A stretch of DNA of 57,927 nucleotides from Deltaproteobacteria bacterium (GTDB taxonomy: Bacteria > Myxococcota_A > UBA9160 > SMWR01), in NCBI GenBank assembly GCA_032128375.1, contig JAQBGU010000103.1, positions 1 to 57,927 on the forward strand, written 5' to 3'. Shown here in pieces: positions 37,221 to 46,020 of this stretch; position 1 is the stretch's first letter, and each line of letters starts with the position of its first letter. Both the position numbers and the translations under genes were made by a program. The notes under the pieces are model-generated. The model was not told the origin of the DNA, ran no database searches, and was given only the letters and a program-made list of their open reading frames with translations.

Positions 37221-38075
37221 TCAGGGTGCCGTGCCTTCCATTACGTCCCGACCGTGGATCGCTTCGACGACTTCACTGAAGTCGGGTCCTCGGCGCAGGT
37301 GGTGTCCACCGTCTACGTTGATCCGCTGCCCGGTGATCCATCGCGACTCGTCTCCCATCAAGAATCGACACAGGTTGGCGACATCGGACGGCTGCCCGAC
37401 GCCGGCCATCGGGGTGTTCTCGATGTAACTCTTGTAGATGGAGCCATCGCGCGGGATCCCGCCCATCATTTCGGTCGCAACGAAACCGGGCCGAATCGCG
37501 TTGAAGCGCACACCGCGGGCCCCGTACTCGTCGGCCGCATTGCGCATCATCTCTTCGATCGCCGACTTGCTGACGGTGTAGGCGCCGAAGTAGGGATGCG
37601 TCTGGTGGCCGGCGATCGATGACATGCCGACGAACGATCCACCGCCGGCATCCACCATGTGCCGTACGCTGTGTTTCACGCACAACATCGTTCCCAGCAC
37701 GTTCAAGTGCAGCACGCGCAGAAATTCGCCCTTTTCCTGGGTGTGGTACGGGCCGATGCCACCTCCGCCCCCGGCATTGGCGACGCAACCGTTGAGTGTG
37801 CCCGTCGGTTCGAGCGCACGCTCGATTGCAGCTCGCACAGAGTCTTCGTCGGTCACATCGGCAACGACGTGCTGGATGCTACCGCCGTGGCCCACGACCG
37901 ACTGGATACGCGATGCCGAGTCGCTGAGCTTCCCTTCCGTGCGCCCGCAGATCGTCACCGCCGCTCCGTCGGCGGCCAACTGTGCCGCGCACGCGTGGCC
38001 GATCCCGGTCCCACCGCCAGTCACCAGTACCGCTTTGCCCTCCAATCCACCGGTGGATCGGATCGCACTGCCCAT
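37221..38075 (-). CDS. SDR oxidoreductase
   Basis: TGGGTGIG, ANAGG, YTVSK and INVDGG; GGAGG RBS. Confidence 0.92.
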   Translation of the reverse strand: MGSAIRSTGGLEGKAVLVTGGGTGIGHACAAQLAADGAAVTICGRTEGKLSDSASRIQSVVGHGGSIQHVVADVTDEDSVRAAIERALEPTGTLNGCVANAGGGGGIGPYHTQEKGEFLRVLHLNVLGTMLCVKHSVRHMVDAGGGSFVGMSSIAGHQTHPYFGAYTVSKSAIEEMMRNAADEYGARGVRFNAIRPGFVATEMMGGIPRDGSIYKSYIENTPMAGVGQPSDVANLCRFLMGDESRWITGQRINVDGGHHLRRGPDFSEVVEAIHGRDVMEGTAP

Positions 38076-38294
38076 TTTCGTTCCTCCAACAAGATGCCGA
38101 TTGATTCCGTCCCGCGTTCTCTTCTGCAACGCGGCAGTGGAAAGCGCCACTCTAGCGACATGTTTCGCAACAAGGATACGCTTTGCTCCGCTCGAACGTT
38201 TGAGTGCTGTGTGTATTCCTACCTGGGCAGCGACACGCTGGACGATTGAGTCGTGTCGCTGCGCGGCGGCGTCGTTCCTCGGTCAAAGCTGCAT

Positions 38295-39131
38295 TCATGC
38301 GATCTGCTCGAACAGCTTCGCGAAGGCTTCTGCGCAGCGCAGCCACGAGTCGCGGTCTCGCTGCAGTGGTTCGGCGACGATGTGTTGGATGCCGGCCTCC
38401 ATGTACTGGTCCAACTCGCGCGCGATCTGGTCGTGGTCGTCCCGGAGCGCATCCCAGCGCGTCCGCATCGATAGCGTGAACGATGATTCCGGCCGATCTC
38501 GTCGCAGTCGAGCGGTCATCGGTGCAGTCTTCTCGGGAGACTGGAACGCGCCGTGCCAGCCATCGCCCTTTGCAATCGCGCGGCGAAAGGCGGGTTCGCT
38601 GTGGCCACCGATCCAGATCGGTATCGCGTTTTTGGGTTGGGGTTTCAAGCGCATGGCCACGAGCTTGCCACCGGTCAACGGTGCCGCTGCATCGATTGGA
38701 TCTTCCGTCCAACAGCGGCGCATCAGGTCGATTGTCTCGTCGGTTCGGGCGCCGCGCTGCCCGAATGGCACGCCGAGCGCGTCGAACTCCTCTTTGAGCC
38801 ACCCGCTCGCGGCTCCCAGCAGCACGCGCCCCCCGCTCATGATGTCGAGTGTGCCGAGCATCTTGGCCAGCAGCACCGGCGGGCGAAGTGGCAGGACCAA
38901 GACGCTGGTCCCCAAGCGGATCCGCTGTGTCACAGCCGCCGCCCAGGTCAGCGCGATGAGCGGCTCCAGGATGTACGACGACGGCGGGTATTTCGCGTCT
39001 TTGGGCAGCGCGATGTGGTCGCTGACCCAAACGTCCGAGAAGCCGAGCTCTTCCGCCTGTTTTGCAACGGACTGGATTGCGTCGGCCGAAGCCGCCGGTC
39101 CCGATTGCGGAAGATGAATGCCAAATCGCAT
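38295..39131 (-). CDS. LLM-class (probable F420-dependent) oxidoreductase
   Basis: MRFGIHLP, GFSDVWVSDH and LAKMLGTLDIMSGGRV. Confidence 0.9.
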   Translation of the reverse strand: MRFGIHLPQSGPAASADAIQSVAKQAEELGFSDVWVSDHIALPKDAKYPPSSYILEPLIALTWAAAVTQRIRLGTSVLVLPLRPPVLLAKMLGTLDIMSGGRVLLGAASGWLKEEFDALGVPFGQRGARTDETIDLMRRCWTEDPIDAAAPLTGGKLVAMRLKPQPKNAIPIWIGGHSEPAFRRAIAKGDGWHGAFQSPEKTAPMTARLRRDRPESSFTLSMRTRWDALRDDHDQIARELDQYMEAGIQHIVAEPLQRDRDSWLRCAEAFAKLFEQIA

Positions 39132-39324
39132 GTCGACGCTCCTGTTTGCGACTCCTTCCGCGGGGATTGTTGCCGCGCGCCCTGCTGCCACGGACTCAGC
39201 TTTACGGAGCGAGTATACGCCGGCGAACTCAGTGAATTGGATCCGAAATTCAGATTGGCAGAAGCCGCTGCGGGGAGACAGTCGCCGATCTCCACAGGGA
39301 ATCCCGGATTCGGTGATGAGGCTG

Positions 39325-39957
39325 TCAGCAGTTGCTGCGAGAACCGTTCAACTCTTTGAAGGTCTGAATCATTGCTTCCGGCCCTCCGCTACTCAACCCA
39401 TCGAATACCTGACTGCGAATGCTCTTGATGACGCTGGATTGGTCGAATATCAAGTCGATCGCGCGCCAACGGTCGTTGGCCTTGCGCATCCAGAAGCCGA
39501 CGGGCTTCCGATCATATTTTCCGCCCACAATGCGGGTGTTGACGATCACATCGCTCTTTTTCTGCGTTGCGCTGAGGATTTCGAGCTTCGCATCTCGGTA
39601 GCGCTCGAGCCGGCTTCCGATGTAGTTCGAAAAATAGGCTTCGAACTCGCATTGATAGCGGACTGCCTGCAGACTGGAGAGGCGGCCCTTGCCCTTATTC
39701 AGCGCCAATTGGCCGGCGACTTCCATGTCGAAGCGCTCGCTGACAATCTTCTCGATGGAAGTGAGCCGCTGCTGGCTCGACAAACCGGCATCGTCGAGAA
39801 CTCCGCGCAGTTCGGCGAGTGCGGTGTCGACTGCGGATCGGGCCGCCGTCTCGTGACGGTTGTCGCCTGCTTCGGCCCCGTGTGCGTCCACGGGGGTCCC
39901 TATCGCGCCCATCATCAGCGCAATCGACAACGCCATCGCAACTCGGAGAACTTTCAT
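39325..39957 (-). CDS. mlaC: MlaC/Ttg2D-type periplasmic phospholipid-binding protein
   Basis: Signal peptide; ERFDMEVAGQLAL and WRAIDLIFDQSSVIKSIRSQ. Confidence 0.75.
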   Translation of the reverse strand: MKVLRVAMALSIALMMGAIGTPVDAHGAEAGDNRHETAARSAVDTALAELRGVLDDAGLSSQQRLTSIEKIVSERFDMEVAGQLALNKGKGRLSSLQAVRYQCEFEAYFSNYIGSRLERYRDAKLEILSATQKKSDVIVNTRIVGGKYDRKPVGFWMRKANDRWRAIDLIFDQSSVIKSIRSQVFDGLSSGGPEAMIQTFKELNGSRSNC

Positions 39958-40260
39958 CGGTTGATTTCCTTGCCGGTCCGGCAATGGGGCGCACAGTCCG
40001 CCGCCGTGGGGGCGCTGCGCCTGCGTGGCCCGCGACGCAACGGTGCTCGACTTGTCGCTGTTCAGCGTCCCGGGTTCCGCCTGTTGCCACGCGTAGGAGA
40101 TCGGTTGCGCGTAAAATGGGCGCCTTTGCATGACGAACTCCTTCTCGCGCCGTGGTAGTTTGCCAGGTTTTCGACGTTCTGGGTGGAACACGGAGTGGGG
40201 GATCCACAAGACGGCTCCCCGTGCTCCCCCCACAACGAAAAGGGCACGGCAGCATCGAAC

Positions 40261-41319
40261 TCAGCCGAGCAGGCCTCGCTCGATCATGGCTTCCGCGGTC
40301 TGGATTGCATTGGTGGCTGCTCCTTTTCTCAAGTTGTCAGATACCTCCCAAAGCCAGATCCCCGCACCTGACAGGTCGTCCCGGACGCGACCCACCCAGA
40401 CCTCGTCGCTTCCGGCCACGCAGCGGGGGGTGGGGGCTTCGCGTGGATCTGCGATGAGTCGGATGCCCGGGAACTCACTCAGCACCTTTCGCGCTTCGGC
40501 AGCACCAAAGGGAGTCGCAGTTTCGACCAGAATCGAAGCTGAATGTCCCACTTCTACCGGTACCCTCACACACGTCATCGTGACGTCGAGATCGGGGAGC
40601 CCGAGGATCTTTTGCGACTCGTCGCGGAGCTTGAATTCTTCGAGTGAATACGAGTCATCGAGGTTCGAGGCTCGCGAGAAGTCCCCGCAAATGGGCAGCA
40701 CGTTGTGGGCGATTGGTGCGGCGAACGCTGATACGGCGGGTGCCTCCCCGTCAGACCAGGCCCTGTTTTGAAGTTCCAACTCGTCGAGACCCGGGAGGCC
40801 GGCTCCCGACACAGCTTGCAACGTCGTAATCACGACGCGTCGCAGCCCCGCTGCGCGCCGGATGGGCTCCAGTGCCATCGCGACGCCGATCGTGGTGCAG
40901 TTGGGGCACGCGACGATGCCGCGGTGGCCGTCGAGTTCGGCTGCATTGATTTCCGGGATCACCAACGGCACATAGCGGTCCATCCGCCAGGTATCCGATT
41001 TGTCTATGACCACGGCTCCGCGTGCGACGGCTGCGGGCGCCAACAGCTTCGACAGTGAACCGGTCGCGGCGAAAAAGGCGATGTCGACCCCCTCGAACGC
41101 ATCCGGTGTCGCTTCGGCGACGGCCATTTCAGCGCCGCGAAATCGAACCGTGGATCCGGTCGAGCGGCTGCTGGCCAGCGGGAGCAGGCGCGAAATAGGA
41201 AAGTCGCGCTCTTCGAAACACGCGAGCAGGGTCTTGCCGACAGCGCCGGTGGCTCCGACTACGGCGACGCTGAGTGACTTCTGGCGCGAATTCTTGGGTT
41301 CGTTCATGACGATCTCCAT
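40261..41319 (-). CDS. asd: Aspartate-semialdehyde dehydrogenase (common type; alternative start 41307)
   Basis: VVGATGAVG, PLVIPEIN, CPNCTT, QAVSGAG, TCVRVPV..GHS and DNLRKGAATNA. Confidence 0.93.
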   Translation of the reverse strand: MEIVMNEPKNSRQKSLSVAVVGATGAVGKTLLACFEERDFPISRLLPLASSRSTGSTVRFRGAEMAVAEATPDAFEGVDIAFFAATGSLSKLLAPAAVARGAVVIDKSDTWRMDRYVPLVIPEINAAELDGHRGIVACPNCTTIGVAMALEPIRRAAGLRRVVITTLQAVSGAGLPGLDELELQNRAWSDGEAPAVSAFAAPIAHNVLPICGDFSRASNLDDSYSLEEFKLRDESQKILGLPDLDVTMTCVRVPVEVGHSASILVETATPFGAAEARKVLSEFPGIRLIADPREAPTPRCVAGSDEVWVGRVRDDLSGAGIWLWEVSDNLRKGAATNAIQTAEAMIERGLLG

Positions 41320-41371
41320 AGCAATGCCCCTCGCTCGATGAGATCGTTTCGGTTTTGGATGCTCCAGAACG

Positions 41372-41401
41372 AAAAACGCCCTCCCGAGTAATCGGAAGGG
41401 C
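41372..41401 (-). terminator. Intrinsic terminator of the attenuator
   Basis: Minus strand GCCCTTCCGA-TTAC-TCGGGAGGGC-GTTTTT. Confidence 0.85.
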
Positions 41402-41427
41402 CTGTTGGTTTGCAGTTTCCCGTCCGG

Positions 41428-41616
41428 TTACCCCGTGCGCGTGCTCGGGGTAAGGGTCGTTGTCTTCGTAGTGAAGTAGATAGTGCTGTAGACAGCGCTG
41501 TAGACAGTGCTGTCGATCACTGCAGGTGCAGTGCCGGCCGACCCAGCGCAGGGCGCTGAGCTTGCGATTTCGGCGCAGAACTCGCCGAACTGGAAGCTAT
41601 ACCGGGACGCACGCAT
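41428..41616 (-). CDS. Thr-rich attenuator leader peptide (62 aa, ThrL-like C-terminus)
   Basis: Ends ...STVYSAVYSTIYFTTKTTTLTPSTRTG*, with 8 Thr in the last 14 codons, immediately before alternative hairpins and the terminator. Confidence 0.75.
   Translation of the reverse strand: MRASRYSFQFGEFCAEIASSAPCAGSAGTAPAVIDSTVYSAVYSTIYFTTKTTTLTPSTRTG
41483..41518. repeat. 12-bp x3 tandem repeat inside the leader peptide
   Basis: gtgctgtagaca gcgctgtagaca gtgctgtcgatc, encoding DSTV/YSAV/YSTI. Confidence 0.8.
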
Positions 41617-41622
41617 GGCGGT

Positions 41623-41651
41623 AGTGTTGGTTCTCGCGCGGGTTTTGTCAA
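41623..41651 (-). promoter_or_regulatory. Putative sigma70 promoter for a leaderless leader-peptide transcript
   Basis: Perfect TTGACA (41651-41646), 17 nt, AACACT (41628-41623), 6 nt, ATG; no RBS. Confidence 0.6.
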
Positions 41652-41674
41652 CCAGCACGAATCTCACCGGGGTG

Positions 41675-42787
41675 CTACTCGCGCGCTCGGACGATCTTCA
41701 GTGCGCGCCGCAGCGGCTCTGCCGCACCCCATAACAGCTGGTCGCCGACCGTGAATGCGCTCACGTACTCCGGGCCCAGGCGCATCTTCCGCAAGCGTCC
41801 AACCGGGATGTCCAGCGTCCCACTGACTGCAGCCGGAGTCAGCTGGCTGTCGGTCGACGCCTTGTCGTTGGGGACCAATCTCACCCATTCGTTCGCACCG
41901 GCGATTTTCTGTTCGATCTCTTCGAGCGGAATGTCGCGATCGAGCTTGATCGTGAATCCCTGGCTGTGACAGCGCATCGCGCCGACCCGGACACACAGGC
42001 TATCGACTGCAATGTCGTTCGGTCGACCCAGAATCTTGTTGGTTTCGACGAATCCCTTCCATTCCTCCCGGGTCTCACCGCCTGGCATGGCCGAATCGAT
42101 CCACGGAATCAAGCTCCCGGCCAGCGGGACACCGAAGTGTTGGTTCGGAAAATTTGGATCGGCCATGGAGTCGGCCACCCGCCGATCGATCTCGAGGCTC
42201 GATGTCGAAGGGTCGTCGGTGAGCTCGCGGCAGTCATCGCCGATCGCCTGCATCTGGTTCACGAGTTCGCGCATGTTGCTTGCGCCTGCGCCGGATGCGG
42301 CTTGGTAGGTCATCGCGCTGATCCACTCGACCCAGCCCGTGCGGAAAAGGCCAGATAGCGCCATCAGCATCAAGCTGACGGTGCAGTTGCCGCCGATGAG
42401 GTTTTTCGTTCCGACATCCAGTGCAGCGTCGATGACCGCGCGATTCACCGGATCGAGTACGATCACGCTGTCGTCATCCATCCGCTTGCTGGACGCCGCA
42501 TCGATCCAATAGCCCCGCCAACCCAATTTGCGAAGCTCGGGCAGCACCTGTTTGGTGTAGTCGCCGCCCTGGCAGGTCACGATCGCGTCGAGTGTGGCGA
42601 GCCGGTTGGTATCGAACGCATCGGCGAGTGTGGGGGTCTCGAAACCGATCGACGGCCCCTGTTGTCCCACTTGCGTGGTGGTGAAGAACTCCGGAGCGAG
42701 CCCGTCGAAGTCGCCCTCGGCGCGCATGCGTTCCATCAGCACGGAGCCCACCATGCCGCGCCAACCCACAAAACCGATTCGTCGCAT
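41675..42787 (-). CDS. asd: Aspartate-semialdehyde dehydrogenase (E. coli/gammaproteobacterial type)
   Basis: IGFVGWRGMVGSVLMERM, TCQGGDYT, GGNCTVSLMLM, YQAASGAGA and GDQLLWGAAEPLRR. Confidence 0.95.
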   Translation of the reverse strand: MRRIGFVGWRGMVGSVLMERMRAEGDFDGLAPEFFTTTQVGQQGPSIGFETPTLADAFDTNRLATLDAIVTCQGGDYTKQVLPELRKLGWRGYWIDAASSKRMDDDSVIVLDPVNRAVIDAALDVGTKNLIGGNCTVSLMLMALSGLFRTGWVEWISAMTYQAASGAGASNMRELVNQMQAIGDDCRELTDDPSTSSLEIDRRVADSMADPNFPNQHFGVPLAGSLIPWIDSAMPGGETREEWKGFVETNKILGRPNDIAVDSLCVRVGAMRCHSQGFTIKLDRDIPLEEIEQKIAGANEWVRLVPNDKASTDSQLTPAAVSGTLDIPVGRLRKMRLGPEYVSAFTVGDQLLWGAAEPLRRALKIVRARE

Positions 42788-43004
42788 ACCCATGACGGAC
42801 GTTTCGATAGCAGAGTCGCGAGGTCTGAGCACTGGGGCGAATATTTTCGCCATTTCTCGCTGGCCCATTTCCGCCGCTACCGTACCCACCGGGCAACCAG
42901 GCGATCGTAGACAAGCGAGGCGCTCCAGCCAGGCACGGGGACGACCAGATGATGCCGGATACGCATTGCTAGCGCGGTCCGATGCCGTGGGGGCTGCCCG
43001 GCGC

Positions 43005-44549
43005 GTGGCCAGACGGTTGCTCGAACCGGTATCGATAGGCGAATCGCCGAAGCCGACCCTGGCTGGCTTCGCTGTCGTGCTGTGTTGGGCATCCATCCGT
43101 TTCGCGCTCGCAACCGATGTCACGATGGACGACAGCTTCATCGTGTTTCGGGTTGTCGAAAACTGGTTGTCCGGTCTCGGTCCGCGCTTCAATGCCGACG
43201 ATTCGCATTTCATCATCACGAGTCCGCTGTGGCTGGTGATCTTGGCAGCCTTCAAGGCGGCACTGCCAAGCGTGGCAACGCCCGAACTGGCTCAGGCGCT
43301 TGTGTGGGGCCTTCTGGTGGCCGCATCGGTGCTGTTGTTCGCTCTGTTGAACGATGATTTTCCGGTCGCGTCGGTGCTGGCACCAGCGGCAGTCTTTTTT
43401 ACGCCGTCGATGGGATCGCTTTCGGGCCACGACACCGCCTGTGCGCTGGTCGCCGGGTTGGCGCTGCTGGTCTGTCATCAGCGAGATCATCCCAACGGCT
43501 TGGCGATCGCTGCGGGCTTGTTCTATCTGGCGCGAGGTGAGGGGGCTGTGTTGGCGGCGATTGTCGGCTGCCACTACGTGTTTCGCGCGGGGTTCGACTG
43601 GGAATCTATCCGCAGCCAGATTCGCAGGATGCTGCCTGGTCTCGGTGTTTCCCTGTTGTGTGTCGGGGGCTGGCACGGCTATTTCGCGATGGAATTCGGC
43701 GGGTTGTTTCCTGCGACGCTCGCAACCAAGATTGCGCAGGGCTCTTTTCCGGATGGCTCGAGCGACCCGTATTGGCCCGCGTTCGCAACCGGACTGCCGG
43801 ATCATTTCGCGCTGATCGCCGGTGGCGCTGCGCAGCCAGTCTTGATCACAGGCTTCGCGGTTCTCGCACTGCGTCGCTGGGCGCTCGCGTTATGGCCGAT
43901 AGAACACCTGGCGATCTATGCGGGACTCGGCGTGCCCTATTACCACTGGTACTACTACCCGGCCGAGTTGGTTGGTGTCATCGCGGTGCTGGTCGGTGCC
44001 GAAGTAGCTCTTCGCCTCGTATTGGGTTTTGTCCCGGCTGGTGCAGGGCTGCGCTTGACTGCGGTCGTCTGCGTGCTCGTTGTCGGGATCGTTGCAGTCC
44101 CCAGTATCCGAGGCCCCATGTTGCTCCAGCCGGCGCCGATACTTCCGGCGCTGCGAAGTGTCACCGCGCCCGACTCGCCGGAAGTGGATGTGCGTTTTCG
44201 GGTGTACCAGGAAATCGCCGAGTGGACTGCGGCGCAACCGGGGTCCCAGAACCGCACGCTACTTGCGTCCGAGATCGGCATTCTCGGCCAGAAGCTGCCA
44301 TCGCTTCGAGTCCTCGATGTCGTCGGGCTAACCGACCCGGATGTCCCGCCGGAGCGATTCTTTGACTATCGATGGCACGTCGAACGCTACGAACCCGAAT
44401 ATCTGCTGTTGTTTCTCGGCGCGGCGCAGATCGGCCAGCACACGATTCCGCTCTCTGATGGGCGAACCTTGCAATATCGACGCGTTTTCGCACCGCAGAC
44501 TCGATTCAGGGGAGCCGCGCTATTCGAACGCGTCAGCCCGAGCGGCTGA
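43005..44549 (+). CDS. GT-C-like polytopic membrane glycosyltransferase (start uncertain)
   Basis: TM1 followed by DDSFIVFRVVENW..G.GPRFN...TSPLW; LARGEG; EIGIL and LDVVGLTD. Confidence 0.7.
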   Translation: MARRLLEPVSIGESPKPTLAGFAVVLCWASIRFALATDVTMDDSFIVFRVVENWLSGLGPRFNADDSHFIITSPLWLVILAAFKAALPSVATPELAQALVWGLLVAASVLLFALLNDDFPVASVLAPAAVFFTPSMGSLSGHDTACALVAGLALLVCHQRDHPNGLAIAAGLFYLARGEGAVLAAIVGCHYVFRAGFDWESIRSQIRRMLPGLGVSLLCVGGWHGYFAMEFGGLFPATLATKIAQGSFPDGSSDPYWPAFATGLPDHFALIAGGAAQPVLITGFAVLALRRWALALWPIEHLAIYAGLGVPYYHWYYYPAELVGVIAVLVGAEVALRLVLGFVPAGAGLRLTAVVCVLVVGIVAVPSIRGPMLLQPAPILPALRSVTAPDSPEVDVRFRVYQEIAEWTAAQPGSQNRTLLASEIGILGQKLPSLRVLDVVGLTDPDVPPERFFDYRWHVERYEPEYLLLFLGAAQIGQHTIPLSDGRTLQYRRVFAPQTRFRGAALFERVSPSG

Positions 44550-44638
44550 TCAGAGCCTCTGATGCGGGCGCGACGTATCCGCCCCTGGAAATTCACGCGA
44601 AGCGCTAGGGGCGTGCATCTAACACTGCACAGGGTTGA

Positions 44639-44869
44639 TTATTCAATGATCTCGAGGATATAGCGCTTCTTATTCTTACCGCTCGAGGCAGCCATGAGGG
44701 TGCGAATGGCGGTGGCGTGCATTCCGCCCTTACCAATCACCATACCCACGTCCTGTTTGGCGACTCGAAGTTCCAGCACGTGAGCGTAGTCTCCAATCAC
44801 CTCTTTGATCTGGACTTCGTCGGGATGGTCAACCAATGCTTGGGCAATCGCCATGATGAGTTCTTTCAC
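44639..44869 (-). CDS. khpA: KH-domain RNA-binding protein KhpA
   Basis: MKELI..IAQALVDHPDEV...LELRVAKQDVGMVIGKGG..ATAIRTL...LEIIE, 76 aa. Confidence 0.9.
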   Translation of the reverse strand: MKELIMAIAQALVDHPDEVQIKEVIGDYAHVLELRVAKQDVGMVIGKGGMHATAIRTLMAASSGKNKKRYILEIIE

Positions 44870-45124
44870 TTCTTTCTCCCTGGGTAGGATCGGCGCTCAG
44901 GCTGATAGCTGCTCCCGCGTGCATGAGTGGTTCGTTCACGATGGAGGTCTCCCAGTACCGCGGATACGCAGATTCGCAGAGACCCAGATACAGAGTTGCA
45001 TTTCATCGATTGGTGTCGGCCCATTGGCTTCAGGTTCGTCACGTCGGAATGAACCGCCCGGTTGGCGTGGAGCGAATTCGAACGCGTACGCGGCCGCCAC
45101 GAAAGGGCGGTGTCGAGCGGACGC

Positions 45125-45496
45125 TCATATCGTCGATTCCGCACACGTCAAGCCGTGGACCTCACGTACGAATTCCGGAAGGTCAATTGGCTTGGTTAGG
45201 TGGTGCAAAACGCCAAGCGATTCGAAGCGCCCGGCATCGGGATTGGCAGTGATGACCAGTGCACGATCTACTGGGGAGCACGCGAGAAGGCTCAATCCGT
45301 CGCCGTCCGGAAGTCCGACGTCGAGCACAACGGCGTCGAAGCGGCGGCGTGCCAGAAGGGACTGGGCTTCTTCCAGCGACCCCGCCTGCTCCACCTCGAT
45401 GCCTGCGCCGATCAGGGACATCGCGAGGTAGCGACGCAAGCGCGCCTCATCTTCGACGATCAGGACACGTCGCTCTCGGTATTTTTCTCGCACCAT
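45125..45496 (-). CDS. Single-domain response regulator
   Basis: VLIVEDE, VVLDVGLPDGDG, ITA and LTKP. Confidence 0.85.
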   Translation of the reverse strand: MVREKYRERRVLIVEDEARLRRYLAMSLIGAGIEVEQAGSLEEAQSLLARRRFDAVVLDVGLPDGDGLSLLACSPVDRALVITANPDAGRFESLGVLHHLTKPIDLPEFVREVHGLTCAESTI

Positions 45497-46020
45497 GTCA
45501 GCCGCCTTTTCTCGGAACCGGGCCGAGACGTTTCCGGTTGGTATTGCAACCGCCATGCCGTTGCGATTTGGCGCTCAGCGGCTGATTGCGGGCCAGCGGG
45601 AAGGTTTCACGTGTGCAACTGCGTGATCTCACGCATCCCCGGGTGGGGTGGCCCGCTTCGGAGCGGTCGGCGCCCGGACGACCCCATGAAGTGTGCGCGC
45701 TCGGTCATTTTCGCCGAATGCTGTCGTCCCAGCCATCGCGCTTATCGGGCGCAGAGTTGCCGCACGGGCGGGCGGTTCCTGCCATCAGCCGGGATCGTCT
45801 GCAGTGTCGGGCGCGTTGGTCCCGCGGCGAGCACGAGACAGGCAACCCCGTCGAGACCCCGAGTTGCTCACTCGCCAGAGCAGCTGGCGTCGTTCGCACC
45901 GAGGCCCGTGGCAGAATCGTCTGCCAGATGGCTGCAGGCACCGGCGGGTTCTGCACCTGCTACAACACTCGTGACCGCCGAAATGGCGTCAACACCGCGC
46001 GCACGAACGGAGAGAACGTC

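Noticed and set aside
37624..40158. Long plus-strand ORFs (497 aa and 346 aa) and similar antisense ORFs across the window
   Set aside because: They are shadows of motif-supported genes on the opposite strand, typical of high-GC DNA.
41372..41670. T-box or lysine riboswitch upstream of asd
   Set aside because: No T-box or L-box consensus was recognised; the Thr-codon cluster and hairpins fit translation-coupled attenuation.
42788..43255. N-terminal extensions in the ORF track (asd 526 aa; also BVMO 672 aa, MFS 608 aa, GNAT 522 aa)
   Set aside because: Homology motifs and RBSs point to downstream starts; the extensions overlap neighbouring genes or promoters.
45640..46020. ncRNA or small gene in the long intergenic region
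   Set aside because: No recognisable RNA motif, terminator or RBS-led ORF was found by eye.
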